Below are positions 18,160 to 26,995 of a stretch of 64,000 bases of DNA, in pieces. The position numbers and the translations under genes were made by a program. The DNA lies in the NCBI GenBank assembly GCA_964602805.1, contig CAZRSJ010000002.1:36824-100823 (forward strand), given 5' to 3'. Numbering within the stretch: the stretch's first letter is position 1; each line of letters starts with the position of its first letter. This DNA comes from an uncultured Chromatiales bacterium. Its GTDB lineage: Bacteria; Pseudomonadota; Gammaproteobacteria; Poriferisulfidales; Poriferisulfidaceae. A model generated the notes under the pieces. It was not told where the DNA came from. It searched no databases and worked only from the letters and a program-made list of their open reading frames with translations.

Positions 18160-19660
18160 CCTAGGATTTGTTTTGAGATTGTATACGATAATCCGAAAAA
18201 CCCATGATAACTCATTTATAATCAATATCTTATCAAATTTTTAGTGAATAGGTTTCCGACATGGCATAATCCCTACATGATCCGTTCGTCCGTCTATCGC
18301 CTGTACCCTGGCACCCTGCGCCGGGGACAGATGCTGTCCGGTATCGCCGGGGCGAACCGCTACGTCTGGAACTGGGCTATTGGACAAAACCGGGATGCGA
18401 TGAAAGCCTACAAGGAAGGCAAAGGCGAGAAGCCCTCGCCGACTTTTTTCACTTTGGGCTTGGCATTCACGAGACTGCGCAACAGTGAAGGCCACGAATG
18501 GCTGAAAGAGTTGCCGTATGCGGAAGTGCGGTATGTGCTGAAGCGGTATGCGGATGCCATGAAAGAGGCCAGGAAGGGCAAACGCGGCTTTCCGAAGTTC
18601 AAGCACAGGGAAAACGGCGATTCATTCACAATCCCGCAGAACGTGCGGATTGCAAACGGGAAACTTTACGTGACCAAGGTCGGTTGGGTACCGATCCACC
18701 GTCAGGGTGGCGACCCGTGGGCGTATGGGAAGGCGAAGCAGGCCGTGGTGGTCAAACATCCGAACGGAAAGTGGTATGTCTCGGTGTTCTGGAAAGTGCC
18801 GGAGGCGAAGTCGGAGGACAACGGTAAAGTCGTCGGGCTGGACATGGGCAAATGGAACGTGGCGACCACCGAACGGGAACGGATCTTCATGCCGGATATA
18901 TCCCGCCTTGAGACCCGCCTGAAACGGCATCAACGTAAGATGCAACGGCGCAAACGTGTGCCCTTGCTGGATGTGGACGGAGCCCTGAGGCGAAACCGGA
19001 AAGGCAGCATCGTCATGGTGAACTCGGGCCGCCGCGAAAAAGAGCGACGGATCATGGCGAAACTGCACCGGAGGATTGCCTACATCCGGGACAATTGGCG
19101 GCACCATGTCAGCCACGACCTGGCGGGTCGATTCGGGACGGTTTGCGTGGAAGACCTGAAAATCAGGAATTTGATGAAATCGGCCAGAGGCACGGTGGAG
19201 AAGCCGGGCAAGCATGTCAAGGCGAAATCGTCCTTGAATCGGGGCATTGCGGAAAGCGGCTGGGGCCGATTGCGCTGGATGCTGGACTACAAAGCGCACC
19301 GGGTAGAGAAGATCAATCCGGCATACACTAGCCAGACCTGTCACCGGTGCGGGCACGTGGCGGAGGAGAACCGTCGGCGAGAGAGATTCAAATGCGTATC
19401 TTGTGGATACGAGGGGAATGCGGACATCAATGCCGCGTTCAATATCCTGGCGTTGGGGACTGGCGCGGCTGGACAGGGAGGGGCGTTCGCCGCTGTCAGG
19501 GCCGGACCTTCGGGCACGGTGCTGTCAAGCGACCCCGATGATTTGTCAATGGATATACAGGTTCTGCTTGCAGATTTTTGTATATGAGTCCCATTTGGTT
19601 GGATTATAGCTCTCAAGGGTAAATCAATGATGCAGAATGTCATAATAACGCGTCCGATTG
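18160..19660 (+). mobile_element. IS200/IS605-family element carrying tnpB only (IS1341-like), inserted immediately upstream of the cupin operon
   Basis: AT-rich ends flank tnpB. No tnpA (Y1 HUH transposase) ORF is present. Boundaries are approximate. Confidence 0.55.
18277..19587 (+). CDS. tnpB: TnpB (OrfB_IS605) RNA-guided endonuclease-like protein
   Basis: RuvC-I GLDMGKWN (D), RuvC-II VEDLKI (E), Zn ribbon CHRCGHV…CVSCGYEGNAD, and RuvC-III ADINAAFNI. C-terminal tail extends into the presumed right end/omega-RNA region. Confidence 0.85.
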   Translation: MIRSSVYRLYPGTLRRGQMLSGIAGANRYVWNWAIGQNRDAMKAYKEGKGEKPSPTFFTLGLAFTRLRNSEGHEWLKELPYAEVRYVLKRYADAMKEARKGKRGFPKFKHRENGDSFTIPQNVRIANGKLYVTKVGWVPIHRQGGDPWAYGKAKQAVVVKHPNGKWYVSVFWKVPEAKSEDNGKVVGLDMGKWNVATTERERIFMPDISRLETRLKRHQRKMQRRKRVPLLDVDGALRRNRKGSIVMVNSGRREKERRIMAKLHRRIAYIRDNWRHHVSHDLAGRFGTVCVEDLKIRNLMKSARGTVEKPGKHVKAKSSLNRGIAESGWGRLRWMLDYKAHRVEKINPAYTSQTCHRCGHVAEENRRRERFKCVSCGYEGNADINAAFNILALGTGAAGQGGAFAAVRAGPSGTVLSSDPDDLSMDIQVLLADFCI

Positions 19661-19673
19661 CGAAACAGATTTA

Positions 19674-19985
19674 TTGCTGTGGGTGAGGCGTTTGCTGGCG
19701 AGAAACGACATCCTGAATCTGCTCCGAGAGCATAAATCTATGCTGGCCCAGTGTTTTGGCGTCGTCGATCTTTCCCTTTTTGGTTCTTTCGCCCGTGACC
19801 AAGCCACGGATGCCAGCGATGTCGATATCCTTGTGCGGTTTGATGGCCCGGCCACCTCGAAACGGTATTTTGGCGTGCAGTTCTATATTGAAGATCTACT
19901 GAATCAGCCGGTCGTACTGGTCACCGACAAAGCACTGCGAGCGGAATTCCGTCCCTATGTCGAACAGGAAGCGATCCGTGTCTGA
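19674..19985 (+). CDS. MNT-type nucleotidyltransferase (HepT/MNT antitoxin family), orphan
   Basis: …LSLFGSFARDQATDASDVDILVRFD… minimal nucleotidyltransferase motif GS-x9-DxD. No HepT/DUF86 ORF in the 85 bp before efp. Confidence 0.75.
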   Translation: MLWVRRLLARNDILNLLREHKSMLAQCFGVVDLSLFGSFARDQATDASDVDILVRFDGPATSKRYFGVQFYIEDLLNQPVVLVTDKALRAEFRPYVEQEAIRV

Positions 19986-20070
19986 TTTAAAAGTTTGGAG
20001 TCGGCGCCTTAGCTTGGAACAGCACTCCGGTTAAAATCGGTTCCTCAATTTTGCTACGGAACACTCCGAC

Positions 20071-20640
20071 ATGGCGGGTTACGGCCTCAACGACATCAAA
20101 CCTGGCCTGAAGATCATGCTCGACGGCGCGCCGCATGAAGTGACGGACAGTGAATTCTGCAAGCCGGGCAAGGGCCAGGCGTTCACCCGGATGAAGGTGC
20201 GCAACCTCCTGACCGGCCGGACCAACGACAAGACGGTCAAGTCCGGAGACACCGTGGAAGCGGCGGATGTGCGGGAGATCAGCCTCCAGTACCTGTACGC
20301 GGACGGTGATTCGGCGGTGTTCATGTCCCCGGAGTCCTACGAACAGTACTCGATTCCCGCCTCCGTGCTGGACGATGCCGCCTCTTGGATCCGTGCGCAG
20401 GACATTTGCTCCGTACTGCTGTACAACGAGCAGCCGGTCAGCCTGACCCCGCCGCAGTTCGTGGAGTTGAAGATTGCCGAGACGGATCCCGGCGTTCGGG
20501 GCGACACCGCATCCGGCGGGACCAAGCCGGCCACGCTGGAGACGGGCGCGGTCGTGCGCGTGCCCCTGTTCGTGGAAACCGGCGAGGTAATCCGGGTGGA
20601 TACCCGCAGCGGCGAGTACGTGTCTCGCGTTCGTGACTAG
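20071..20640 (+). CDS. efp: Elongation factor P
   Basis: …[24 protein letters not shown]… (modified Lys loop) …[25 protein letters not shown]. Confidence 0.9.
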   Translation: MAGYGLNDIKPGLKIMLDGAPHEVTDSEFCKPGKGQAFTRMKVRNLLTGRTNDKTVKSGDTVEAADVREISLQYLYADGDSAVFMSPESYEQYSIPASVLDDAASWIRAQDICSVLLYNEQPVSLTPPQFVELKIAETDPGVRGDTASGGTKPATLETGAVVRVPLFVETGEVIRVDTRSGEYVSRVRD

Positions 20641-20641
20641 G

Positions 20642-21568
20642 CTATTTGCCGTCTTCCGGTGACGCCTCGGAAGCGTCGCCGTTTTCACCCTTCGGAAGGA
20701 GCAAGGGTTGGCCATAAGCCACGGCCTGCCCGGGCTCGATGCCCGGACCCCACACCCGGTCCTGATGGCCGCTGAGCAGCACGACGGTTGATCCCAGGTG
20801 AAAACAGCCGAGTTCATCGCCCCGACGAAGTTCAACATCCGGGGGCTTTCCGTTGTGTCGCCAACGTGAGATTGCCCGCCGCCGTGGTGCAACGATGCCA
20901 CACCAACTCATCTCGATGCAGGCCACGTTGACGGCCCCGACCATGACGACGGCAAAGGGGGTGCCGTCCGGATCTTCGAACAGACTCGCCACGCGCTCAT
21001 TGCGCGCGTAAAGTCGCGGGATGCGTTCCACCGCATAAGAAGCGACGGTGAACTGACGTCCCGGAATGTGGCACATCTCGGTGAGGCGGCCGTTGGCCGG
21101 CATGTAGACCCGGTGACAGTCGTCCGGGGAGAGGTACAGGGTGGCGAACCGGCCCTGTGCGAATTCAGGGTGGGAGCCCCCGAGCAATTCGTCCACGGTG
21201 AAGGTCTGGCCTTTCGCCTGGATGATCCGACCCTCTTCGATTTGGCCGAATTGGCTGATTCGGCTGTCGCAGGGCGCCGCCAATGCATCCGGGTCTTCCG
21301 GCCAGGGCCGGATGTCTTTCTTCAGGGTGCGGACGAACAGGGCGTTCAGGGTCGGATACTCTTCCGGGTCCTTGATTTCCGCATCCTCCATCCGGAGCCC
21401 GAAAAAGGAGACGAACGAGCGGATCAGGAAGTTCTTGACCGCCGGGACCTCGATCCGGGATAGCCAGTAAGCAAAAGCGGAGACCCAGCGGTGGGGAAAG
21501 CAATAGAAGCCCCAGGCCTTGAGGTTGAGCAGGCGCGTGCGCCAGGGTGATTCGGAAGCCGGGGTCAT
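20642..21568 (-). CDS. psd: Phosphatidylserine decarboxylase proenzyme
   Basis: …GCFHLGSTVV… LGST self-cleavage motif. 308 aa. Overlaps the sco stop by 4 bp. Confidence 0.85.
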   Translation of the reverse strand: MTPASESPWRTRLLNLKAWGFYCFPHRWVSAFAYWLSRIEVPAVKNFLIRSFVSFFGLRMEDAEIKDPEEYPTLNALFVRTLKKDIRPWPEDPDALAAPCDSRISQFGQIEEGRIIQAKGQTFTVDELLGGSHPEFAQGRFATLYLSPDDCHRVYMPANGRLTEMCHIPGRQFTVASYAVERIPRLYARNERVASLFEDPDGTPFAVVMVGAVNVACIEMSWCGIVAPRRRAISRWRHNGKPPDVELRRGDELGCFHLGSTVVLLSGHQDRVWGPGIEPGQAVAYGQPLLLPKGENGDASEASPEDGK

Positions 21569-22161
21569 TGGCCGAGGTCAATCAGTGTTCGAAGATCCGC
21601 GGCGATGGCCTTCGGGGCCAGGGGCGGCGTGAACACGCCGGCAAGTCGCGCCTCGGGGTCGACCAGCCAGGCACTGCCGCTGTGGTCGACGAGATAGCCA
21701 GTGGCGAGTTTTCGCTTGGAGTAAAAGGCGCCGAGTTGTTTTGCAAAGTCTGCAATCGCTTCGGCCTCGCCGGTGGCCCCCAAGGTGCCGGGGTGGAAAT
21801 GGCCGACGTATCGGCTCAGGGCCTCTGGATTGTCGCGCTCGGAGTCGACCGAAACAAAGACGATCCGGGCCTTCTCTTCGCCCAAGGTCTGCAGGGCGGT
21901 CGTCAATTGCTGCATGGAAGGCGAGCAGATGTCCGGGCAGTTGGAATAACCGAAGAACAGCAGGCTCCAGTGGCCGCGGAAATCCTCCGGCCTCAGCGCT
22001 TCGCCGTCATGGCGCGTGAGAGAGAAGGCGGGCAGTGGCCGGGCCTGCTCTCCGAACACGGTGGCCGCCTGGAATTCGACCACCTCGCTTGCCTTCCACC
22101 AGTAGAGGCCTGCAATCCCGGCGAGAACGAGGATTGACAGGAGAATAAGGGCGCGCTTCAA
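21565..22161 (-). CDS. SCO1/SenC-family copper chaperone (thioredoxin fold)
   Basis: N-terminal TM helix. …GHWSLLFFGYSNCPDICSP… CxxxC motif. Confidence 0.85.
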   Translation of the reverse strand: MKRALILLSILVLAGIAGLYWWKASEVVEFQAATVFGEQARPLPAFSLTRHDGEALRPEDFRGHWSLLFFGYSNCPDICSPSMQQLTTALQTLGEEKARIVFVSVDSERDNPEALSRYVGHFHPGTLGATGEAEAIADFAKQLGAFYSKRKLATGYLVDHSGSAWLVDPEARLAGVFTPPLAPKAIAADLRTLIDLGQ

Positions 22162-22208
22162 GGAATCTTCCTGAAAAATTAGCGCACCAGTTTATCAGGG
22201 CATTTTTG

Positions 22209-24074
22209 TCAGTCGAAATGCCACGTTAATCCTGCGCTGAAATTCCGGCGCGGGGCCGCATATCCGAGAACCTCTTGGTAGGATTCGTCGAAAAGGTTCC
22301 GGGCCTCGAAGAGCAGGTCGAATTTCGGGGCCAGGCTGTACCGTGCGGACAGGTTGGCCAGGTAATAATTCTCGAGCGTTTTCCTTTCCGCGGGGAAACT
22401 TGAGAAATCGTCGTCCAGCAGCCCCCGCACCGTCGTGAAATCCAACCGTGAATTCCACGAACCCGAGTGATGCGCCAATGCCAGCCGGTACTGGTGCCGG
22501 GGTCGGCGGACTTCTTTCCTGTCGGTCGCATTTCCTGAATCCGGTTCAGTCGCGTGCAGGTAGGCGTAGTGGGCGGAGACGGTCCAGTCCGGGTGGGGTT
22601 CGAATTCCAGTTCCAGTTCTCCTCCCCAGCGTTCGGAACGCCCGGATTCGTTGATAGCGGTGGGCAGTTCAGGGCCAGTGAAACCATCCGGGTCGTAGTA
22701 CCCCCGGATTTCATCGCTCAGGCGCTGGTCGAAAAGGCTGAGGCTGATCCGGCAGCAGGCTCCGCCGGGATTATGTTCGATGCCGATCTCGGTATTCCGG
22801 GATCGTTCCGGCTGCAGGTCGGGGTTGCCCTGAAAGGTGTCCGGGGAATAGCCGTAGCGTTCGGTCAGGGTCGGGTTGGCGATCCCGATGCCGCTGGCCA
22901 GGTAGAGCCGGGTCGGCTGACCGGGAAACTGGTAGGCAAAGGAGACGCGCCAGGTGTCGGCATCTTCGAAATCATGGTTCTTGTCGCGCCGGAGAGACAG
23001 GTCAACCGTGGTCTGGGAGTCGGGTTGCCAGTTCAACGTCATGAACACGCTGGAGGAGATGAAATGCAAGGGCTCGATGCCTTTCCGGTGATAGCGTTCC
23101 CGGCTCCATTCGAGACCAACGCCGAAGGTGCAGGGACGCCCAAGGAGGCAATCCTCGAAGTCGCGCCAGGCCAGTTCGTCGATCTGGATGCGGCGTCCTT
23201 TGCTTTCGGTGGGAAAGGCATCCTGCGGCTGGTTCGTTGTCTGTAGAAAGCTGAGGTTTGCCTGGTGTTTGAAGAGCCCGGTCTGCGTGTGCAAACTGGC
23301 ATTCAGATAGGTCTGGCGGTTTCTGGACGAATACGGGGCGTCCGTGGGCCCGGATCCGTCATATTCCGAATGCGCATGCGTCCGACGGACGGAAAAGCGG
23401 AAGTCGGTATCAGCCGAGGGGCGCCACTGCCCGCCCCATTGCAGGGTATTGTTCCGGTAGCCGTCCCGCTCCGAACCGGTCAGCGAGATGTTCTCGCCCC
23501 GCGTCTGGAAATGATGCGCGCTGGCCTGCATGCTGAAGCCTTCGGATTCGGTGGCGACTTGGAGCGTGGTTTCGTGGCGCTGGTTCGAGCCGGATTTCTG
23601 GGTCAGGCTGGAGCTGCCTCCCTTTCGGCTGATCAGGTTGATGATGCCGGAGATGGCGTCGCTTCCCCACAGGGCGCTCGGCGCACCCCGCAGGATCTCG
23701 ATGCGCTCGATCCCGGCGATGCTCAGGTGAGCAAAATCCACGCCGCCGCTGGTCGGGTCGCTCAATTCGATGCCGTCCAGAAGGATGCGCGTATGGTTGG
23801 ATTCACCGCCGCGCATCCTCAGAGCCGTCAATGTCCCGCTGCCCCCTTGCTGGCTGACGGTCAGCCCGGGGATCTCGCGCAGGACGTCCGAGATGGTGGC
23901 GCCCGTCCCGCGCCAGTCGTCCAGGTCGATGACAGTGACGCTGCTGCCGACGGTGTGCAGGGGCTGGGGGATGCGCGAAGCAGTGATGATGATGGTCTCG
24001 ATGTCCTGTGCGGCGGGCAGGGGCGAACACCAGAGTGCGATGAGCACAAACGGCAACAGGGTCTTTTTGGACAT
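22209..24074 (-). CDS. btuB: TonB-dependent outer-membrane receptor, BtuB-like (cobalamin riboswitch-controlled)
   Basis: Signal peptide, TonB box/plug (…DIETIIITASRIPQPL…), 621 aa, terminal aromatic F. Preceded by a cobalamin riboswitch. Start at internal ATG 24074. Confidence 0.8.
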   Translation of the reverse strand: MSKKTLLPFVLIALWCSPLPAAQDIETIIITASRIPQPLHTVGSSVTVIDLDDWRGTGATISDVLREIPGLTVSQQGGSGTLTALRMRGGESNHTRILLDGIELSDPTSGGVDFAHLSIAGIERIEILRGAPSALWGSDAISGIINLISRKGGSSSLTQKSGSNQRHETTLQVATESEGFSMQASAHHFQTRGENISLTGSERDGYRNNTLQWGGQWRPSADTDFRFSVRRTHAHSEYDGSGPTDAPYSSRNRQTYLNASLHTQTGLFKHQANLSFLQTTNQPQDAFPTESKGRRIQIDELAWRDFEDCLLGRPCTFGVGLEWSRERYHRKGIEPLHFISSSVFMTLNWQPDSQTTVDLSLRRDKNHDFEDADTWRVSFAYQFPGQPTRLYLASGIGIANPTLTERYGYSPDTFQGNPDLQPERSRNTEIGIEHNPGGACCRISLSLFDQRLSDEIRGYYDPDGFTGPELPTAINESGRSERWGGELELEFEPHPDWTVSAHYAYLHATEPDSGNATDRKEVRRPRHQYRLALAHHSGSWNSRLDFTTVRGLLDDDFSSFPAERKTLENYYLANLSARYSLAPKFDLLFEARNLFDESYQEVLGYAAPRRNFSAGLTWHFD

Positions 24075-24169
24075 GTCGGCTCCAATCCAGGGCTGAAGCA
24101 GACACAGGGAAACGGCACGATCGGGCGACCGCGCGTCATCCCGATCGCCCACCGCAACCGTGACAATTC

Positions 24170-24320
24170 AGAATGGGGCCGGTCTCCGGACTCGCGAGGG
24201 TTTCCCGGACACTTCCTTCCCAGGCCGAGGCCCAGTGGCTTGCGTGTCCCTCTCGCCTACCGTTGCGGGGGCAGCGCCGGCTTTGCGTTTGCGCACCGGC
24301 TTCCCTGTTTCATCTGTTGG
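24170..24320 (-). promoter_or_regulatory. Cobalamin (AdoCbl) riboswitch in the btuB leader
   Basis: Minus strand …ACAGGGAAGCCGGTGCGCAAACGCAAAGCCGGCGCTGCCCCCGCAACGGTAGGCGAGAGGGACACGCAAGCCACTGGGCCTCGGCCTGGGAAGGAAGTGTCCGGG… matches RF00174 core and the B12 box GCCACTG. A downstream hairpin GGGCGATCGGG…CCCGATCG lies before the GGAG SD. Confidence 0.8.
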
Positions 24321-24376
24321 ACAGACACCCCATCCCGCAGGTGGGGGCAGTGTAGCACGTGGAAAGAAGGGGAGCG

Positions 24377-25081
24377 TCAGGCCGCGTTCGCGGCGAGCGA
24401 CAACTCTTGCAGGATGGACTGGACGGCAGCGGGGGGATCATCGGCTTGGACTACCGGACGTCCAACCACCAGGTGATTGGCACCGGCTTCGGCGGCCTCT
24501 CTGGGCGTGACCGTCCGCTTCTGGTCGTCCGCGGTCGCAGCCGGTCGAATACCGGGCGTAACGATCCAGAAATCCGGTCCGCACGCCTCGCGGATCTGCC
24601 GTGCCTCCCGGGCCGAGCAGACGATGCCCGAAAGATCGGCCTGCCGCGCGAGCTGGGCCAACCGGACGACCTGTTCTTCGGCAGAGTGTTGCCCGACGGC
24701 GTCCAGATCCTTGTCGTCCAGCGAGGTCAGCACCGTGATGGCCACGACGTGCAGTTCGTCCTGTGCCGCTTCGCGGGCCGCTTCCAGCATGGCCGATCCG
24801 CCCGAGGCGTGCACGGTGCACATCCACACGCCCATCTCCCGCGCGGCGCGGCAAGCGGCTGCCACCGTGTTCGGGATGTCGTTGAACTTGAGGTCCAGAA
24901 AGATCTCGAAGCCCTGCTGCTGCAAGTCGCGGATCAACTCTGGCCCGCCCTTGACGAATAGTTCGGACCCAACCTTGAGACGGCAGTCGCCGGGTGAGAG
25001 GCGGCGTGCAAAATCCATGGCCTCCCGGCTGCTCAGGCCGTCCAGGGCGATGATCAGGCCGGGCGCCGGATCCGCAGGCAT
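24377..25081 (-). CDS. pyrF: Orotidine 5'-phosphate decarboxylase
   Basis: …LIIALDGLS…FLDLKFNDIPNTV… canonical PyrF. Confidence 0.9.
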   Translation of the reverse strand: MPADPAPGLIIALDGLSSREAMDFARRLSPGDCRLKVGSELFVKGGPELIRDLQQQGFEIFLDLKFNDIPNTVAAACRAAREMGVWMCTVHASGGSAMLEAAREAAQDELHVVAITVLTSLDDKDLDAVGQHSAEEQVVRLAQLARQADLSGIVCSAREARQIREACGPDFWIVTPGIRPAATADDQKRTVTPREAAEAGANHLVVGRPVVQADDPPAAVQSILQELSLAANAA

Positions 25082-25090
25082 TGAAATACG

Positions 25091-26287
25091 TTAGACCAGG
25101 TAGGGGCGGTGAGGTGTCTTTTCGGCGTAGGGCTCAATTGGCCGCAGGGTGTCCCACTGCTGGCAGCTCGGGCACTGCCAGAACAGCTTGTGCACCTGGA
25201 ACTGGCACTCCGAACATTCGTGGGTCGGACGGTCGGCGAGGTAACGGTCCAGCGTGGTCAGGATCTGGCGCATGCTCTGCTGGTCGGCCGCGACCCGGTT
25301 CTCGGTGATCGCTTCCACGTATTCGCGCAGCAGGACCAGCGAAGAGGGGTTGGACTGGAAAGTGCCGTCGAAGATCTCATCCAGCCCGCTGTCGCCGTTC
25401 TGGCGCAGGTCCTCGACCAGCGACAGCACCGGGAACAGGGCATGCGGCTGGGTCCGGGCCTGGTGCAGGAATTGGCGGAATCCGTCCAGGTCTCCCTGGG
25501 ACTGGTAGGCCTTGTGGATGAGCCGGATGATTCGTGGCGCGAATGCCGGGCGTTTTTCATAGGCGTCCCGGTAATGGCGGATGGCGGCATGGTAGTCGCG
25601 CCGCCGGGTCGCGATGTCGCCGAGCATGATGTGTGCCCGCGCGCAGTCGCGGTAGTGGCCCAGGGCCTTGTGCGCGTGCTGGACCGCCTGCTCTTCGCCG
25701 TTGCCGTTGGCAACCGTCTCCAGGGCGTTTTCCCCCAGTTCGCAGTAGTACTGGGCGATGATTTCCTGCTGCGGCCCTCCGCCCTCGCGTTCGATGTTAC
25801 GGGCGACTTGAATTGCCTTCTTCCATTCTTTCTCCTGCTCGTAGATTTCGCGCAGGTGGTGCAGGGCTTCCAGTTGGTGGCTGCCGGTGTCGAGCACGCC
25901 GCCGAGCAGATGTTCAGCCCTATCGAACAGGCCGGACTTCAGGTAGTCCCGAGCCAGTTCCAGCAGGGCGTCGGCCTTGGTTCGGTCGTCCAGGTCCGGT
26001 CGCGCGATCAGGTTCTGGTGCAGGCGGATGGCCCGTTCCACCTCGCCGCGCCGGCGCAGCAGGTTGCCGAGCACGATGTAGGTTTCGACGGTGTCGGCAT
26101 CCAGGTCGACGACGTTGACGAACAAGTCGATGGCCTTGTCCGGCTGTTCGTTGAGCAGGTAGTTGATGCCCTTGAGGTAGTGACCCGGGATCGGCTTGGC
26201 TTGGTGGCGCTGCATGTCACGCCGTGCCGCCCACCAGCCGGTGAGTGCCGCGACCGGCAGCAGGAGCCAGAGCAGGGCGCTCATCAT
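25091..26287 (-). CDS. lapB: Lipopolysaccharide assembly protein B (TPR plus C-terminal rubredoxin-like Zn finger)
   Basis: N-terminal TM helix, TPR repeats, and C-terminal …CSECQFQVHKLFWQCPSCQQW… Sits in the lapA-lapB-pyrF arrangement. Confidence 0.9.
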   Translation of the reverse strand: MMSALLWLLLPVAALTGWWAARRDMQRHQAKPIPGHYLKGINYLLNEQPDKAIDLFVNVVDLDADTVETYIVLGNLLRRRGEVERAIRLHQNLIARPDLDDRTKADALLELARDYLKSGLFDRAEHLLGGVLDTGSHQLEALHHLREIYEQEKEWKKAIQVARNIEREGGGPQQEIIAQYYCELGENALETVANGNGEEQAVQHAHKALGHYRDCARAHIMLGDIATRRRDYHAAIRHYRDAYEKRPAFAPRIIRLIHKAYQSQGDLDGFRQFLHQARTQPHALFPVLSLVEDLRQNGDSGLDEIFDGTFQSNPSSLVLLREYVEAITENRVAADQQSMRQILTTLDRYLADRPTHECSECQFQVHKLFWQCPSCQQWDTLRPIEPYAEKTPHRPYLV

Positions 26288-26288
26288 G

Positions 26289-26579
26289 TCAGGCCTCGTG
26301 GATTGGCATGCGCCGCAGGTTGCGGACTTCCTGGTACACCAAGTCGTATTGGCGCTGCAGGCGGGTCAGTTTGAACCGGTAGCGCAACACCATCCAGCCG
26401 CCGAGCCCCATGGCGAGGATCAGCCCCAGCCCCAGCGTGGCCAGCAGCGCGAATCCCAACTGCAGCGTGTACTCGGCGAAATACAGGTTGATGCCGACCG
26501 CTTGGGGGTTGGCCATCACCAGCATCAGGCCGAAGGCCATCACCAGCAGGAAGACGAGAAATGCACCCAGTTTGTTCAT
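26289..26579 (-). CDS. lapA: Lipopolysaccharide assembly protein A (DUF1049)
   Basis: 96 aa, two TM helices, immediately upstream of lapB (2-bp gap). Confidence 0.8.
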   Translation of the reverse strand: MNKLGAFLVFLLVMAFGLMLVMANPQAVGINLYFAEYTLQLGFALLATLGLGLILAMGLGGWMVLRYRFKLTRLQRQYDLVYQEVRNLRRMPIHEA

Positions 26580-26667
26580 GTTCGGCGCCTCAAAGAGCCG
26601 GACCTATGAATATAACACGGCTCGACTGGATTTTCACCGCAAAACTGCGGGAAAAGAAGTGCGGGGA

Positions 26668-26982
26668 TTACTGGAACAGGTCGCGCAGTTTTTCGCGCAG
26701 GCTCTTGCCAGGCTTGAAGTGAGGCACGTGGCGCGTGCCCAGCATGACGTGGTCGCCGGTGCGAGGGTTGCAGGCCATGCGTGGCTGGCGCTCGCGCAGG
26801 CTGAAACTGCCGAAACCGCGCAATTCCACCCGATCGTTCTGTGCCAGGCCCTCGGCGATGTGGTCGAAGACCAGCTTGACCGCCTCGTCCACGTCGCGCG
26901 GCGACAGGTGATCCTGCTTGGTCGTGATGCGATCGATCAACTGGCTTCGGTTGATCTGGGCGGCGTTTTCTCGGGCAGGCAT
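26668..26982 (-). CDS. ihfB: Integration host factor beta subunit
   Basis: …RSQLIDRI…VELRGFGSFSLRERQPRMACNPRTGDHVMLGTRHVPHFKPGK… About 9-aa N-extension relative to E. coli; start uncertain. Confidence 0.9.
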   Translation of the reverse strand: MPARENAAQINRSQLIDRITTKQDHLSPRDVDEAVKLVFDHIAEGLAQNDRVELRGFGSFSLRERQPRMACNPRTGDHVMLGTRHVPHFKPGKSLREKLRDLFQ

Positions 26983-26995
26983 AATCGGTTCAGGC

